A DNA stretch of 60,668 nt from Parcubacteria group bacterium GW2011_GWC1_45_14 (GTDB lineage Bacteria > Patescibacteriota > Minisyncoccia > Moranbacterales > GWC2-37-73): positions 1 to 60,668 of the forward strand of contig LCKI01000002.1 of NCBI GenBank assembly GCA_001001345.1, written 5' to 3'. Position 1 is the stretch's first letter; every line of letters begins with the position of its first letter. This document shows positions 44,677 to 52,586 of the stretch, piece by piece. Under the pieces are notes generated by a model that worked only from the letters and a program-made list of their open reading frames with translations, was not told where the DNA came from and searched no databases. A program made the position numbers and the translations under genes.

Positions 44677-44733
44677 GGCGAATTGGGAATAAATAAACGA
44701 TAAAATTAGAGTTAATTAGCGATTTACACCATT

Positions 44734-45567
44734 ATGGCAATTAAAGTTTATAAAAGGAATACAGCAGGTAGAAGAAATATGTCCGTCGTAAAGCCGGATG
44801 ATCTTACCGACAAGAAACCTGAAAAGAAGCTTCTCGCGAAACTTTCCCAGAAAGCTGGAAGAGCGAACGGGAAAATAGCTGTGCGCCACCAGGGAGGTGG
44901 TCACAAAAGAAGATACAGACTTGTTGATTTCAAACAGGATAAACTTGACGTGCCAGGAAAAATCGCGGCTATCGAGAAGGATCCGAACAGGAGCGCGCTT
45001 ATCGCCTTGGTTCATTACAAGGATGGCGAGAAGAGATATGTTTTGGCTAGCGAAGGAATGAAGAAGGATGTCGTGATAGTGGCTTCTGAAAATGCTGAAA
45101 TCAAAAAAGGAAACAGGACAAAACTTAAAAATATCCCTTCTGGAACTATAATCTGCAATATTGAAATGGTTATCGGAAAGGGTGGTCAGATAGTCAGGAG
45201 CGCCGGAAGCGGAGCAACCCTTATGGCTATCGATGAAAAGATGGCTCAGATAAAGCTTTCATCTGGAGAAATCAGATTGATAAGCAGGGAGTGTTTTGCC
45301 ACGATTGGACAGGTTAGTAATTTTGAACACAGCGCGGAGAAGATAGGAAAGGCCGGAAGAAGCAGATGGAAGGGCGTTAGGCCAGCCGTAAGAGGTAGCG
45401 CGATGAACCCGGTTGATCATCCTCATGGAGGAGGAGAAGGAAGGCAGGGAATCGGTCTTAAATATCCGAAGACCCCATGGGGCAAGGCCGCACTTGGAAA
45501 GAAAACCAGGAAGAAATCGAAATATAGTGATAAATTCATCGTTAAGAGAAGAACTAAGAAGAAATAA
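44734..45567 (+). CDS. rplB: 50S ribosomal protein L2
   Basis: RHQGGGHKRRYRLVDFK and MNPVDHPHGGGEGR. Confidence 0.97.
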   Translation: MAIKVYKRNTAGRRNMSVVKPDDLTDKKPEKKLLAKLSQKAGRANGKIAVRHQGGGHKRRYRLVDFKQDKLDVPGKIAAIEKDPNRSALIALVHYKDGEKRYVLASEGMKKDVVIVASENAEIKKGNRTKLKNIPSGTIICNIEMVIGKGGQIVRSAGSGATLMAIDEKMAQIKLSSGEIRLISRECFATIGQVSNFEHSAEKIGKAGRSRWKGVRPAVRGSAMNPVDHPHGGGEGRQGIGLKYPKTPWGKAALGKKTRKKSKYSDKFIVKRRTKKK

Positions 45568-45579
45568 TAAAGAAAAATT

Positions 45580-45915
45580 ATGTCTAGAAGTCTAAAAAAG
45601 GGGCCATATGTCGACGAAAGGGTGCTTAGGAAATTGAAGGACGCCAAACCTGGACAGCGCATAAAAACTTGGTCAAGAGCCTGTACGATCTCTCCGGAGA
45701 TGATCAGTTTCACGTTCGAGGTTCACAACGGAAGCAAGTTCATACCGGTATATGTGACCGAAGAAATGGTCGGACACAAGCTGGGAGAATTTTCCCCAAC
45801 CAGGACGTTCAATAGGCACGGAGGAAAGATGCAGAAAGAACTTGAAACTGCTGCAAAACAGAAAGCCCAGGACGCCGCAAAAGCTGCCAAGGCCGAACCT
45901 GCGAAGAAGAAATAA
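45580..45915 (+). CDS. rpsS: 30S ribosomal protein S19 (Ala/Lys-rich C-terminal tail)
   Basis: [11 protein letters not shown] and [14 protein letters not shown]. Confidence 0.96.
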   Translation: MSRSLKKGPYVDERVLRKLKDAKPGQRIKTWSRACTISPEMISFTFEVHNGSKFIPVYVTEEMVGHKLGEFSPTRTFNRHGGKMQKELETAAKQKAQDAAKAAKAEPAKKK

Positions 45916-45991
45916 CGCCACGACTCGCGAACAGATAAAAAATATTGGAGATAATTAGCGATAAAATTAGCGAAGCTTAGGATAAAATTAT

Positions 45992-46528
45992 ATGAAAGTA
46001 GAAGCAACACTCAAAAATTTAAGAGTATCCCCACGAAAGGTCAGATTGGTTATCAATCTTATCAAGGGTATGGATGTGGCCAACGCTTTGGTGCAGCTCT
46101 CCCTTGCAGTGAAGGGTTCAAGTCGTGAAATCGAGAAGCTTTTGAAAAGCGCGATAGCGAATGCTGAGAATAATTTCGGTTTGGACAGGGACAATCTTAT
46201 GGTTGCCGACATCCAGGTTGGAGGAGGTCCTACGCTGAAAAGATGGCTTCCGAGAGCTCATGGAAGAGCCACGCCTCTCATGAAAAGGACTTCGAATGTG
46301 TATCTGGTTTTGGATGAAAAGATAGAAGGAATGAAAAAGAAGGCTAAAGCTAAAAAAATCGAAAAGAAAGCTGTTGAGACCGAGGAAGTGAAGACCGAAT
46401 CCGAATCCAAGGAGAGCAAGAAGGCGGTTGTCGCTAAAAGCGCTCCAGCAAAGAATTCGCCAGCTGGCGGACTAAAAGGACAGAAGGGCGCGTTCGCAAA
46501 GAAGTCCTTCCAGAGAAAATCGGTATAA
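45992..46528 (+). CDS. rplV: 50S ribosomal protein L22 (Lys-rich C-terminal extension of about 65 aa)
   Basis: LRVSPRKVRLVINLIKG and RAHGRATPLMKRTSNV. Confidence 0.95.
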   Translation: MKVEATLKNLRVSPRKVRLVINLIKGMDVANALVQLSLAVKGSSREIEKLLKSAIANAENNFGLDRDNLMVADIQVGGGPTLKRWLPRAHGRATPLMKRTSNVYLVLDEKIEGMKKKAKAKKIEKKAVETEEVKTESESKESKKAVVAKSAPAKNSPAGGLKGQKGAFAKKSFQRKSV

Positions 46529-46599
46529 TAGGGGAGCTTAATATTTTATATTAAATTCGAAGATAATTAGGATATAAATCGAATAAATAATTAGTACAT

Positions 46600-47241
46600 A
46601 TGGGAAAGAAAGTTAATCCAACGGGACTCAGGCTAGGAATTACAACTACTTGGAAATCAAAGTGGTTTTCCAGCAGGGGATATGCGAAAAACTTAAGACA
46701 GGATGTCGAAATAAGGGAGCTTGTTTCAAAGCGTTGGAAAACTGCTTCCATTGCCGAAGTAGGATTGGAAAGATCCGCTAATACGATCAAGTTGGTAATC
46801 AAGACGTCTCGCCCTGGAGTTCTTATCGGAAGAGGAGGATCCGGAATAGAAGATATCAGCAAGGCAGTCAAGGAGAATTTTTTCGCAAACAAGAAAGTTG
46901 ACCTCAAGGTTGAAATCCAAGAAGTCAAGCAGTTTGAGGAAAACGCCTCATTGGTGGCCCAGAGCGTGGCTGAGCAGATTGAAAAAAGAGTTCCATTCAG
47001 AAGGATTTTGAAATCGACTTTGGACGCTGTCGAAAAGAACAGGAACGTCAAAGGTGTGAAGATCGAAATCTCGGGAAGACTTGGAGGAGCTGAAATGTCC
47101 AGAAGAGAATGGCTTTCAAGAGGAACTGTTCCTCTTCACACGCTGAGGGCGGACATAGATTTCGCCAGAGCGACAGCCCACACTACCTATGGAGCGATCG
47201 GAGTTAAAACGTGGATATACAAAGGGGAGATATTTGAGTAA
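46600..47241 (+). CDS. rpsC: 30S ribosomal protein S3
   Basis: MGKKVNPTGLRLGI, the KH domain, GRLGGAEMSR. Confidence 0.97.
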   Translation: MGKKVNPTGLRLGITTTWKSKWFSSRGYAKNLRQDVEIRELVSKRWKTASIAEVGLERSANTIKLVIKTSRPGVLIGRGGSGIEDISKAVKENFFANKKVDLKVEIQEVKQFEENASLVAQSVAEQIEKRVPFRRILKSTLDAVEKNRNVKGVKIEISGRLGGAEMSRREWLSRGTVPLHTLRADIDFARATAHTTYGAIGVKTWIYKGEIFE

Positions 47242-47242
47242 G

Positions 47243-47358
47243 CACTACGAATTAAGAATTTTACGAAACTACGAAACTGATAATGGAAGGAATCAGATTA
47301 TAAATGAATATAGCGTGAAATGCGGTTCGTACATTCGTACAATTCGTATTTCGTAGAG
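47243..47358 (+). repeat. tacgaat-heptad inverted-repeat element, copy B2 (fills the rpsC-rplP spacer)
   Basis: cactacgaattaagaattttacgaaactacgaa...ttcgtacattcgtacaattcgtatttcgtagag. The arms pair at 26/31 positions. It starts 1 nt after the stop and ends 8 nt before the ATG. Confidence 0.9.
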
Positions 47359-47366
47359 AAAAACAT

Positions 47367-47780
47367 ATGTTGATGCCAAAAAAAGTAAAACACAGAAAGA
47401 TCCACAGGGGTGGAGCCATCAAAGGTATTGCTACTAAAGGTAATACGGTGAGCTTCGGAAGCTTCGGTTTGCAGGCGGCTACCGCTGGTCTTATTTCATC
47501 AAGACAGATCGAGGCAGCTCGTCGCGCGATGACCAGATATATCAAAAGAGGAGGCAAGATCTGGATCAGGATTTTTCCAGATAAGCCGATGACTAAAAAG
47601 GGAAGCGAGGTACCGATGGGTAAGGGAAAAGGAAGCGTCGATCACTTTGTCGCGAAGACGAAGCAGGGAAGGATTCTTTTCGAGATGGATGGTATCACTG
47701 AGGACGTGGCAAGGGAAGCTATGAGATTGGCATCACATAAGCTTTGCGTACAGACGAAATTCGTCGTCAGACAAAAGTAA
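47367..47780 (+). CDS. rplP: 50S ribosomal protein L16
   Basis: [24 protein letters not shown]. Confidence 0.97.
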   Translation: MLMPKKVKHRKIHRGGAIKGIATKGNTVSFGSFGLQAATAGLISSRQIEAARRAMTRYIKRGGKIWIRIFPDKPMTKKGSEVPMGKGKGSVDHFVAKTKQGRILFEMDGITEDVAREAMRLASHKLCVQTKFVVRQK

Positions 47781-47804
47781 CATTTATAAAATAGGAGCAA
47801 TATT

Positions 47805-48005
47805 ATGAAAATAGGTGAAATCAAAGACATGAAAAAAGAGGAACTGAAAAAGTTCATCGAAGAAAAGAGAGCGCTGGCCGTTAAGCTTAGATTTGATATT
47901 GCAGCAAAACAACTCAAGAACCACCAGGAATACAGGAAGACCAGGAAGGAGATGGCCAGGGCATTGACGGTTCTCGGGGCATTGGAAAATGGAAATAATG
48001 AATAA
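47805..48005 (+). CDS. rpmC: 50S ribosomal protein L29
   Basis: Position between L16 and S17, and the helical ELKKFIEEKR...LRFDIAAKQLKNHQEYRKTRKEMAR. Confidence 0.9.
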   Translation: MKIGEIKDMKKEELKKFIEEKRALAVKLRFDIAAKQLKNHQEYRKTRKEMARALTVLGALENGNNE

Positions 48006-48028
48006 TTTTAATCATAAAGTCAACTAGC

Positions 48029-48262
48029 ATGGAAACAGGCATAAAAAAAGTGAAGAAAGGCGTAGTTGTCAGCGATGCCATGGACAAGACTATTGTTGTT
48101 GCAATCGATACGCTGAAAACTCACTCGAAATATTTGAAAAAATACAAGTCGACCAAAAAATACAAGGTCCACGACGAGGAAAACAAATTCAAGAAAGGCG
48201 ACGTGGTTGAATTCGTCGAATGCAGCCCGATAAGCAAAGACAAGTCGCACAAGGTTTTATAA
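48029..48262 (+). CDS. rpsQ: 30S ribosomal protein S17
   Basis: GVVVSDAMDKTIVVAID....H.KY.K......KY.VHDE.N....GD.V. Confidence 0.94.
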   Translation: METGIKKVKKGVVVSDAMDKTIVVAIDTLKTHSKYLKKYKSTKKYKVHDEENKFKKGDVVEFVECSPISKDKSHKVL

Positions 48263-48293
48263 CGCATAACGCATAACGCATAGCGCATAACGC
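48259..48293 (+). repeat. tandem heptamer ataacgc x5, starting inside the rpsQ stop codon
   Basis: ataacgc ataacgc ataacgc atagcgc ataacgc, then a degenerate aggaaacgc. Confidence 0.9.
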
Positions 48294-48344
48294 AGGAAAC
48301 GCAGAGCGGTTCCACGATACGCGTGCCACGTTTTACGAATATAT

Positions 48345-48710
48345 ATGATTCAAGCAGAGACAAAATTGAAGGTAGCAGACAATTCCGGAGCGAAGGTGAT
48401 CGAATGCTTCAAGGTTCTAGGTGGAACCAGAAGGCGTTATGCTTCCGTCGGAGATATCATCGTCGCTTCTGTCAAATCGGCGGAACCGAGAGGGATGGTG
48501 AAAAAAGGTGACAAGGTAAGAGCTGTCATCGTCAGGCAGGCCAAATCACTGAGAAGGAAGGATGGATCATATATCAAGTTCGATGAAAATGCGGCGGTGA
48601 TAGTGGACGGACAGGAGCCGAAAGGAACGCGTATCTTCGGACCGATCGCGAGGGAACTTCGAGAGAAGGGATACAGCAAGATCGTTTCCTTGGCGCCGGA
48701 AGTTTTATAA
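48345..48710 (+). CDS. rplN: 50S ribosomal protein L14
   Basis: [17 protein letters not shown]. Confidence 0.97.
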   Translation: MIQAETKLKVADNSGAKVIECFKVLGGTRRRYASVGDIIVASVKSAEPRGMVKKGDKVRAVIVRQAKSLRRKDGSYIKFDENAAVIVDGQEPKGTRIFGPIARELREKGYSKIVSLAPEVL

Positions 48711-48749
48711 GACAATTAACTATAAGTCATCAGTCATAAGTTATATCGT

Positions 48750-49055
48750 ATGAGAATAAAAAAAGGAGATCAGATACAAGTCATAGCGGGAAAAAGCAAG
48801 GGCAAGAAAGGAAAGGTCACGCGTGTTTTGCCTGCTTCGGGAAAGATCGTCGCTGAAAAGATAAATGTGATGAAAAAACACATGAAACCGAAAAGGGAAG
48901 GCGAGAAAGGACAGATCGTGGAAGTTGACGCTCCTTTTGACGTATCGAATGCGATGCTTGTTTGTCCGGAGTGTGGAAAGATGACCAGGGTCGGATATTC
49001 GGTTAAAAATGGAAACAAATCCCGAGTCTGCAAGAAATGTAAAAAGGAATTTTAA
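48750..49055 (+). CDS. rplX: 50S ribosomal protein L24 (with a C-terminal Zn ribbon)
   Basis: The KOW motif IKKGDQIQVIAGKSKGKKGKV, and CPECG...CKKC. Confidence 0.94.
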   Translation: MRIKKGDQIQVIAGKSKGKKGKVTRVLPASGKIVAEKINVMKKHMKPKREGEKGQIVEVDAPFDVSNAMLVCPECGKMTRVGYSVKNGNKSRVCKKCKKEF

Positions 49056-49076
49056 TTAGATTGAATATATATCATT

Positions 49077-49625
49077 ATGAAAGTCGTTACAACAAAAGAT
49101 AAATATATAGAAACCGTCGTTCCTGCAATGGAAAAGAAGTTTGGCTATGGGAACGTTATGGCTGCCCCGAGAATTTTGAAAGTTGTTGTGAATGTTGGAA
49201 CCGGAAAATTGGGCAAAGAGGGGGACAAGGCTCAGGAGGTTTTCGACTCGATAATGGTGATCGCCGGACAAAAACCGGTTAAAACGAAAGCCAAGAAGGC
49301 TATCGCCGGATTCAAGACAAGAGAAGGAATGGAAGTGGGAGTTAAGGTGACTCTCCGAGGAAAAAGGATGTGGTCCTTCATTGACAGGTTGGTAAACGCG
49401 ACGCTTCCCCGAACGAAAGATTTCCAGGGAATACCCGTATCTTCGGTCGATTCCAATGGAAACCTGAACATCGGAATCAAGGAGCACCTCATTTTTCCTG
49501 AAATTTCACCTGAGCAGGTAAAGACGATATTCGGAATGCAGGTTACGGTCACATCTACGGCCAAGAGCAAAGAAGAAGGAACGGAATTTTACAGACTGCT
49601 GGGATTTCCATTGAGAAAGAATTAA
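49077..49625 (+). CDS. rplE: 50S ribosomal protein L5
   Basis: VVNVGTG...GQKPV.TKAKK.IA.FK.REGM.VG.KVTLRGKRMW.F.DRL. Confidence 0.96.
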   Translation: MKVVTTKDKYIETVVPAMEKKFGYGNVMAAPRILKVVVNVGTGKLGKEGDKAQEVFDSIMVIAGQKPVKTKAKKAIAGFKTREGMEVGVKVTLRGKRMWSFIDRLVNATLPRTKDFQGIPVSSVDSNGNLNIGIKEHLIFPEISPEQVKTIFGMQVTVTSTAKSKEEGTEFYRLLGFPLRKN

Positions 49626-49649
49626 ATATAAAGTAATAGATCATATAAT

Positions 49650-49835
49650 ATGGCAAAAACATCAACACAGGCTAGGGCATTGAAAACACCTAAATTCTCG
49701 ACAAGGATCGTGAGAAGGTGCTGGAGGTGCGGCAGAAAACACGGATATCTGCGAAAATTTGAAATATGCAGGATCTGTTTCCGCGAGCTTGCAAGCAAGG
49801 GAGAAATCCCAGGAGTAAAGAAGAGCAGTTGGTAG
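49650..49835 (+). CDS. rpsN: 30S ribosomal protein S14 (Zn-binding type Z)
   Basis: 61 aa; [25 protein letters not shown]. Confidence 0.95.
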   Translation: MAKTSTQARALKTPKFSTRIVRRCWRCGRKHGYLRKFEICRICFRELASKGEIPGVKKSSW

Positions 49836-49882
49836 GGAATATTTTGATAATTGATTTAATTTTGAATTCACAATAAAAGCGT

Positions 49883-50287
49883 ATGTTAGATACAATCAGC
49901 GACATGCTTACCAGGATAAGGAACGCCCAGATGGCTGGACACAAGGAAGTGGAAATGCCATTTTCCAAATTGAAATTGGCCATCGCGAAAATCCTGGAAG
50001 AGAAAAATTTCATAGATTCCGTTGCCAAGGAAGGCGAGGACACGGCTACTAAAGTCCGCATCCAGCTTAAATATGAAAATATTTCAAATAACAAAAAAGT
50101 TCCTGTCATCAGGGGGATCAGAAGGGTCAGTAGGGAAGGACAGAGAATTTATGTCAAGAAAAATGAAATAAAGTCAGTTAAGAGCGGATATGGAATCTCG
50201 GTAGTTTCGACATCGAGAGGGGTGATGACCGGAGAGGATGCCAGAAAGAAGGGTCTTGGAGGGGAAGTGATCTGTGAAGTCTGGTAG
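49883..50287 (+). CDS. rpsH: 30S ribosomal protein S8
   Basis: MLDTISDMLTRIRNA...GGEVICEVW. Confidence 0.96.
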   Translation: MLDTISDMLTRIRNAQMAGHKEVEMPFSKLKLAIAKILEEKNFIDSVAKEGEDTATKVRIQLKYENISNNKKVPVIRGIRRVSREGQRIYVKKNEIKSVKSGYGISVVSTSRGVMTGEDARKKGLGGEVICEVW

Positions 50288-50290
50288 GGA

Positions 50291-50407
50291 GATTGAAGGT
50301 GCAAAGCTCAAGGTGCGAAATTATGGAGTCGCTGCGCGACGACATTGGAAGGATTATGAGCGAAGCGAACACGATAATTTTAAATTTTGATTTTTAAATT
50401 TTGATTC
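50291..50407 (+). repeat. heptad-built hairpin filling the rpsH-rplF spacer; it pairs better as plus-strand RNA
   Basis: Left arm gattgaaggtgcaaagctcaaggtgcgaaattatgg against right arm cgataattttaaattttgatttttaaattttgattc. By hand, 36 positions give 22 Watson-Crick pairs and 6 G-U pairs. Central gtcgc-tgc-gcgac hairpin. Confidence 0.65.
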
Positions 50408-50419
50408 ACATTCATTAAT

Positions 50420-50956
50420 ATGAGCAGATTAGGAAAAAGACCAATAGCCATACCAAGCGGAGTTACCGTCGAAGTTAAAGACGATACCGTTTCAGTCAAG
50501 GGACCAAAAGGAACCCTCTCTTTCGAGTACAAAAGAGAAGTCGAGGTCAAAGTTTCCGAGGAAGGTGTCGTGGTTGAGAAAAAAGGAAAATCCAAGGAAG
50601 CGCCTGCGATCTGGGGAACTACAGCCAGGATGATCGAAAATTTGATCACTGGTGTGACAGCTGGTTTCCAAAAACAACTTGAATTAAACGGAGTCGGCTT
50701 TAGGATGGCAGTTGCTGGAAAGAAGATAAACCTGGCTCTCGGATTCTCGCACCCGGTGGAGGTTGAGATAGTCGAGGGGATCGATGTCAAAATCGAAGGA
50801 AACACGCTGACTGTGTCCGGAATAGACAAGCACGCCGTAGGACAGTTCGCTGCCAACGTCAGGAAGCTCAAGCCTGTCGAACCATACAAAGGAAAAGGAT
50901 TCAAATATGTCGGAGAATTCGTGAGAAGGAAAGAAGGAAAGAGGTCGGCAGCCTAA
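50420..50956 (+). CDS. rplF: 50S ribosomal protein L6
   Basis: MSRLGKRPIAIPSGV...PYKGKGFKY. Confidence 0.96.
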   Translation: MSRLGKRPIAIPSGVTVEVKDDTVSVKGPKGTLSFEYKREVEVKVSEEGVVVEKKGKSKEAPAIWGTTARMIENLITGVTAGFQKQLELNGVGFRMAVAGKKINLALGFSHPVEVEIVEGIDVKIEGNTLTVSGIDKHAVGQFAANVRKLKPVEPYKGKGFKYVGEFVRRKEGKRSAA

Positions 50957-50992
50957 ACAACGGGAAATAATTTTTGTTAAATAAATCGGATT

Positions 50993-51343
50993 ATGAAGAA
51001 GATAGATAAAAAAGAGCTGAGGCTCAAGAGAAGAAGAAGGGTTAGGGCTAAGGTTTCCGGAACCGCCCAAAGGCCTCGTCTTGCTGTGTACAAGAGCTTG
51101 ACGAATATCTATGCCCAGCTTATCGACGACGTCGCTGGCAAGACTTTGGCCCAGGCCAATATCAAGGAAGTCGCCAAGGGTAAGAACGACATGGACGGTG
51201 CCAAGGAAGTCGGAAAGCTCATCGCCAAGAAGGCTAAGGAGGTTAAAATCTCGGAGATCGTTTTTGACAGGGGCGGATACAACTATCATGGAAAGATCAA
51301 ATCATTAGCAGACGGAGCCAGGGAAGGCGGATTGAAGTTTTAG
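50993..51343 (+). CDS. rplR: 50S ribosomal protein L18
   Basis: [20 protein letters not shown]...[26 protein letters not shown]. Confidence 0.96.
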   Translation: MKKIDKKELRLKRRRRVRAKVSGTAQRPRLAVYKSLTNIYAQLIDDVAGKTLAQANIKEVAKGKNDMDGAKEVGKLIAKKAKEVKISEIVFDRGGYNYHGKIKSLADGAREGGLKF

Positions 51344-51351
51344 GTAAAAAT

Positions 51352-51469
51352 CACTACGAATTACGAATTATACGAAACTACGAAAAGATTCGGAAGTGAG
51401 AAATTATCGGCATATTTAACTTAAAGGGAGATACGGTTCGTACATTCGTACAATTCGTACTTCGTAGAG
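51352..51469 (+). repeat. tacgaat-heptad inverted-repeat element, copy B3 (fills the rplR-rpsE spacer)
   Basis: cactacgaattacgaattatacgaaactacgaa...ttcgtacattcgtacaattcgtacttcgtagag. The arms pair at 27/31 positions. It ends 11 nt before the ATG. Confidence 0.9.
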
Positions 51470-51480
51470 AAAAACATATT

Positions 51481-51975
51481 ATGGTCAATAAAAACAGCAG
51501 AAAACCTAAAAGACGAGAAAAGCCGGAGTTTGAACAGAAACTTCTCGATTTGGCCCGTGTGACCCGTGTGGTGAAGGGAGGAAGAAGATTTCGTTTCCGA
51601 GCCACTTTGGTGATCGGAGACCGCAAAGGACAGGTCGGCGTGGGAGTAGCCAAGGGAACGGACGTTTCTGATTCCATCCAGAAGGCTTTCAATGATGCCA
51701 AGAAGAATATGATAACCGTAAAGCTCGATGGAAATACTATTCCTCATGATGTGACCAAAAAACTTGGAAGCGCGAAAGTTCTTCTTAAGCCCGCCATCGA
51801 AGGACGCGGAATCATCGCTGGAGGAGCTGTCCGAGCCGTAGTGGACCTCGCTGGAATCAGGGACATCATTTCCAAATCTCTCGGTTCCTCGAACAAGTTA
51901 AATGTAGCCAGAACCACAGTCGAGGCGCTTCGCGAGTTGAAAGCCCCAAGAGTAGCCAAGGAAGACACTAAGTAA
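51481..51975 (+). CDS. rpsE: 30S ribosomal protein S5
   Basis: VTRVVKGGRRFRFRATLVIGD..G.VG.G.GK. Confidence 0.97.
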   Translation: MVNKNSRKPKRREKPEFEQKLLDLARVTRVVKGGRRFRFRATLVIGDRKGQVGVGVAKGTDVSDSIQKAFNDAKKNMITVKLDGNTIPHDVTKKLGSAKVLLKPAIEGRGIIAGGAVRAVVDLAGIRDIISKSLGSSNKLNVARTTVEALRELKAPRVAKEDTK

Positions 51976-52025
51976 GAATTAAGTTTTTTGATCACTGACC
52001 AAAAATCATTGATTATTGAATAATT

Positions 52026-52460
52026 ATGCAAATCCACGAACTAAATACCAAGAAGAGGAAGGCCAAAAAGACCATTGGTCGCGGAGGAAAAAGAGGAACA
52101 TACTCCGGCAAAGGAAACAAAGGTCAGAAGGCCAGGAGCGGAGGCTCAATGGACCCTCTCTTTGAGGGAGGAAGATCTTCCTTGGTTGAAAGGATGAAAA
52201 AGTTGAGAGGCTTCAAATCCACTCATGCTAAAAAAGCGATCGTGAAACTCGAAGAGCTTGAAAGCAAGATGAAGGATGGGGATGTGATCACTTTCGAAAG
52301 CCTTTTGGCTGCCGGATTGGTTGACAAGACTGATGTCTCCAAGGGCGTGAAAATACTTTCTAACGGAGCGGTTTCCAAGAAATTCACCGTTGAAAAAACC
52401 ATACTTCTTTCAAAAGCCGCAAAAGATGCTATCATCAAGGCAGGCGGAGAAGTGAAATAA
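52026..52460 (+). CDS. rplO: 50S ribosomal protein L15
   Basis: GRGGKRGTYSGKGNKGQKARSG. Confidence 0.95.
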   Translation: MQIHELNTKKRKAKKTIGRGGKRGTYSGKGNKGQKARSGGSMDPLFEGGRSSLVERMKKLRGFKSTHAKKAIVKLEELESKMKDGDVITFESLLAAGLVDKTDVSKGVKILSNGAVSKKFTVEKTILLSKAAKDAIIKAGGEVK

Positions 52461-52466
52461 GAGACT

Positions 52467-52517
52467 CCGACGCAAGGTCGGCATCCCGACCTAAAAAGTC
52501 GGGATTTCTTGTTTTTT
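52467..52517 (+). promoter_or_regulatory. attenuator-like set of alternative hairpins with a terminator, between rplO and secY
   Basis: Segments are 1 ccgac (52467-52471), 2 gtcgg (52477-52481), 3 cccgac (52485-52490) and 4 gtcggg (52498-52503). Pairing 3:4 extends to atcccgac/gtcgggat and is followed by ttcttgtttttt. Pairing 2:3 is also possible. Confidence 0.45.
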
Positions 52518-52586
52518 GGAAATGTTTTCAGGGCGCAGGATCGGAGCGTAAATTTTAATGTAAAAAGAATAATAACCAATAATCCA

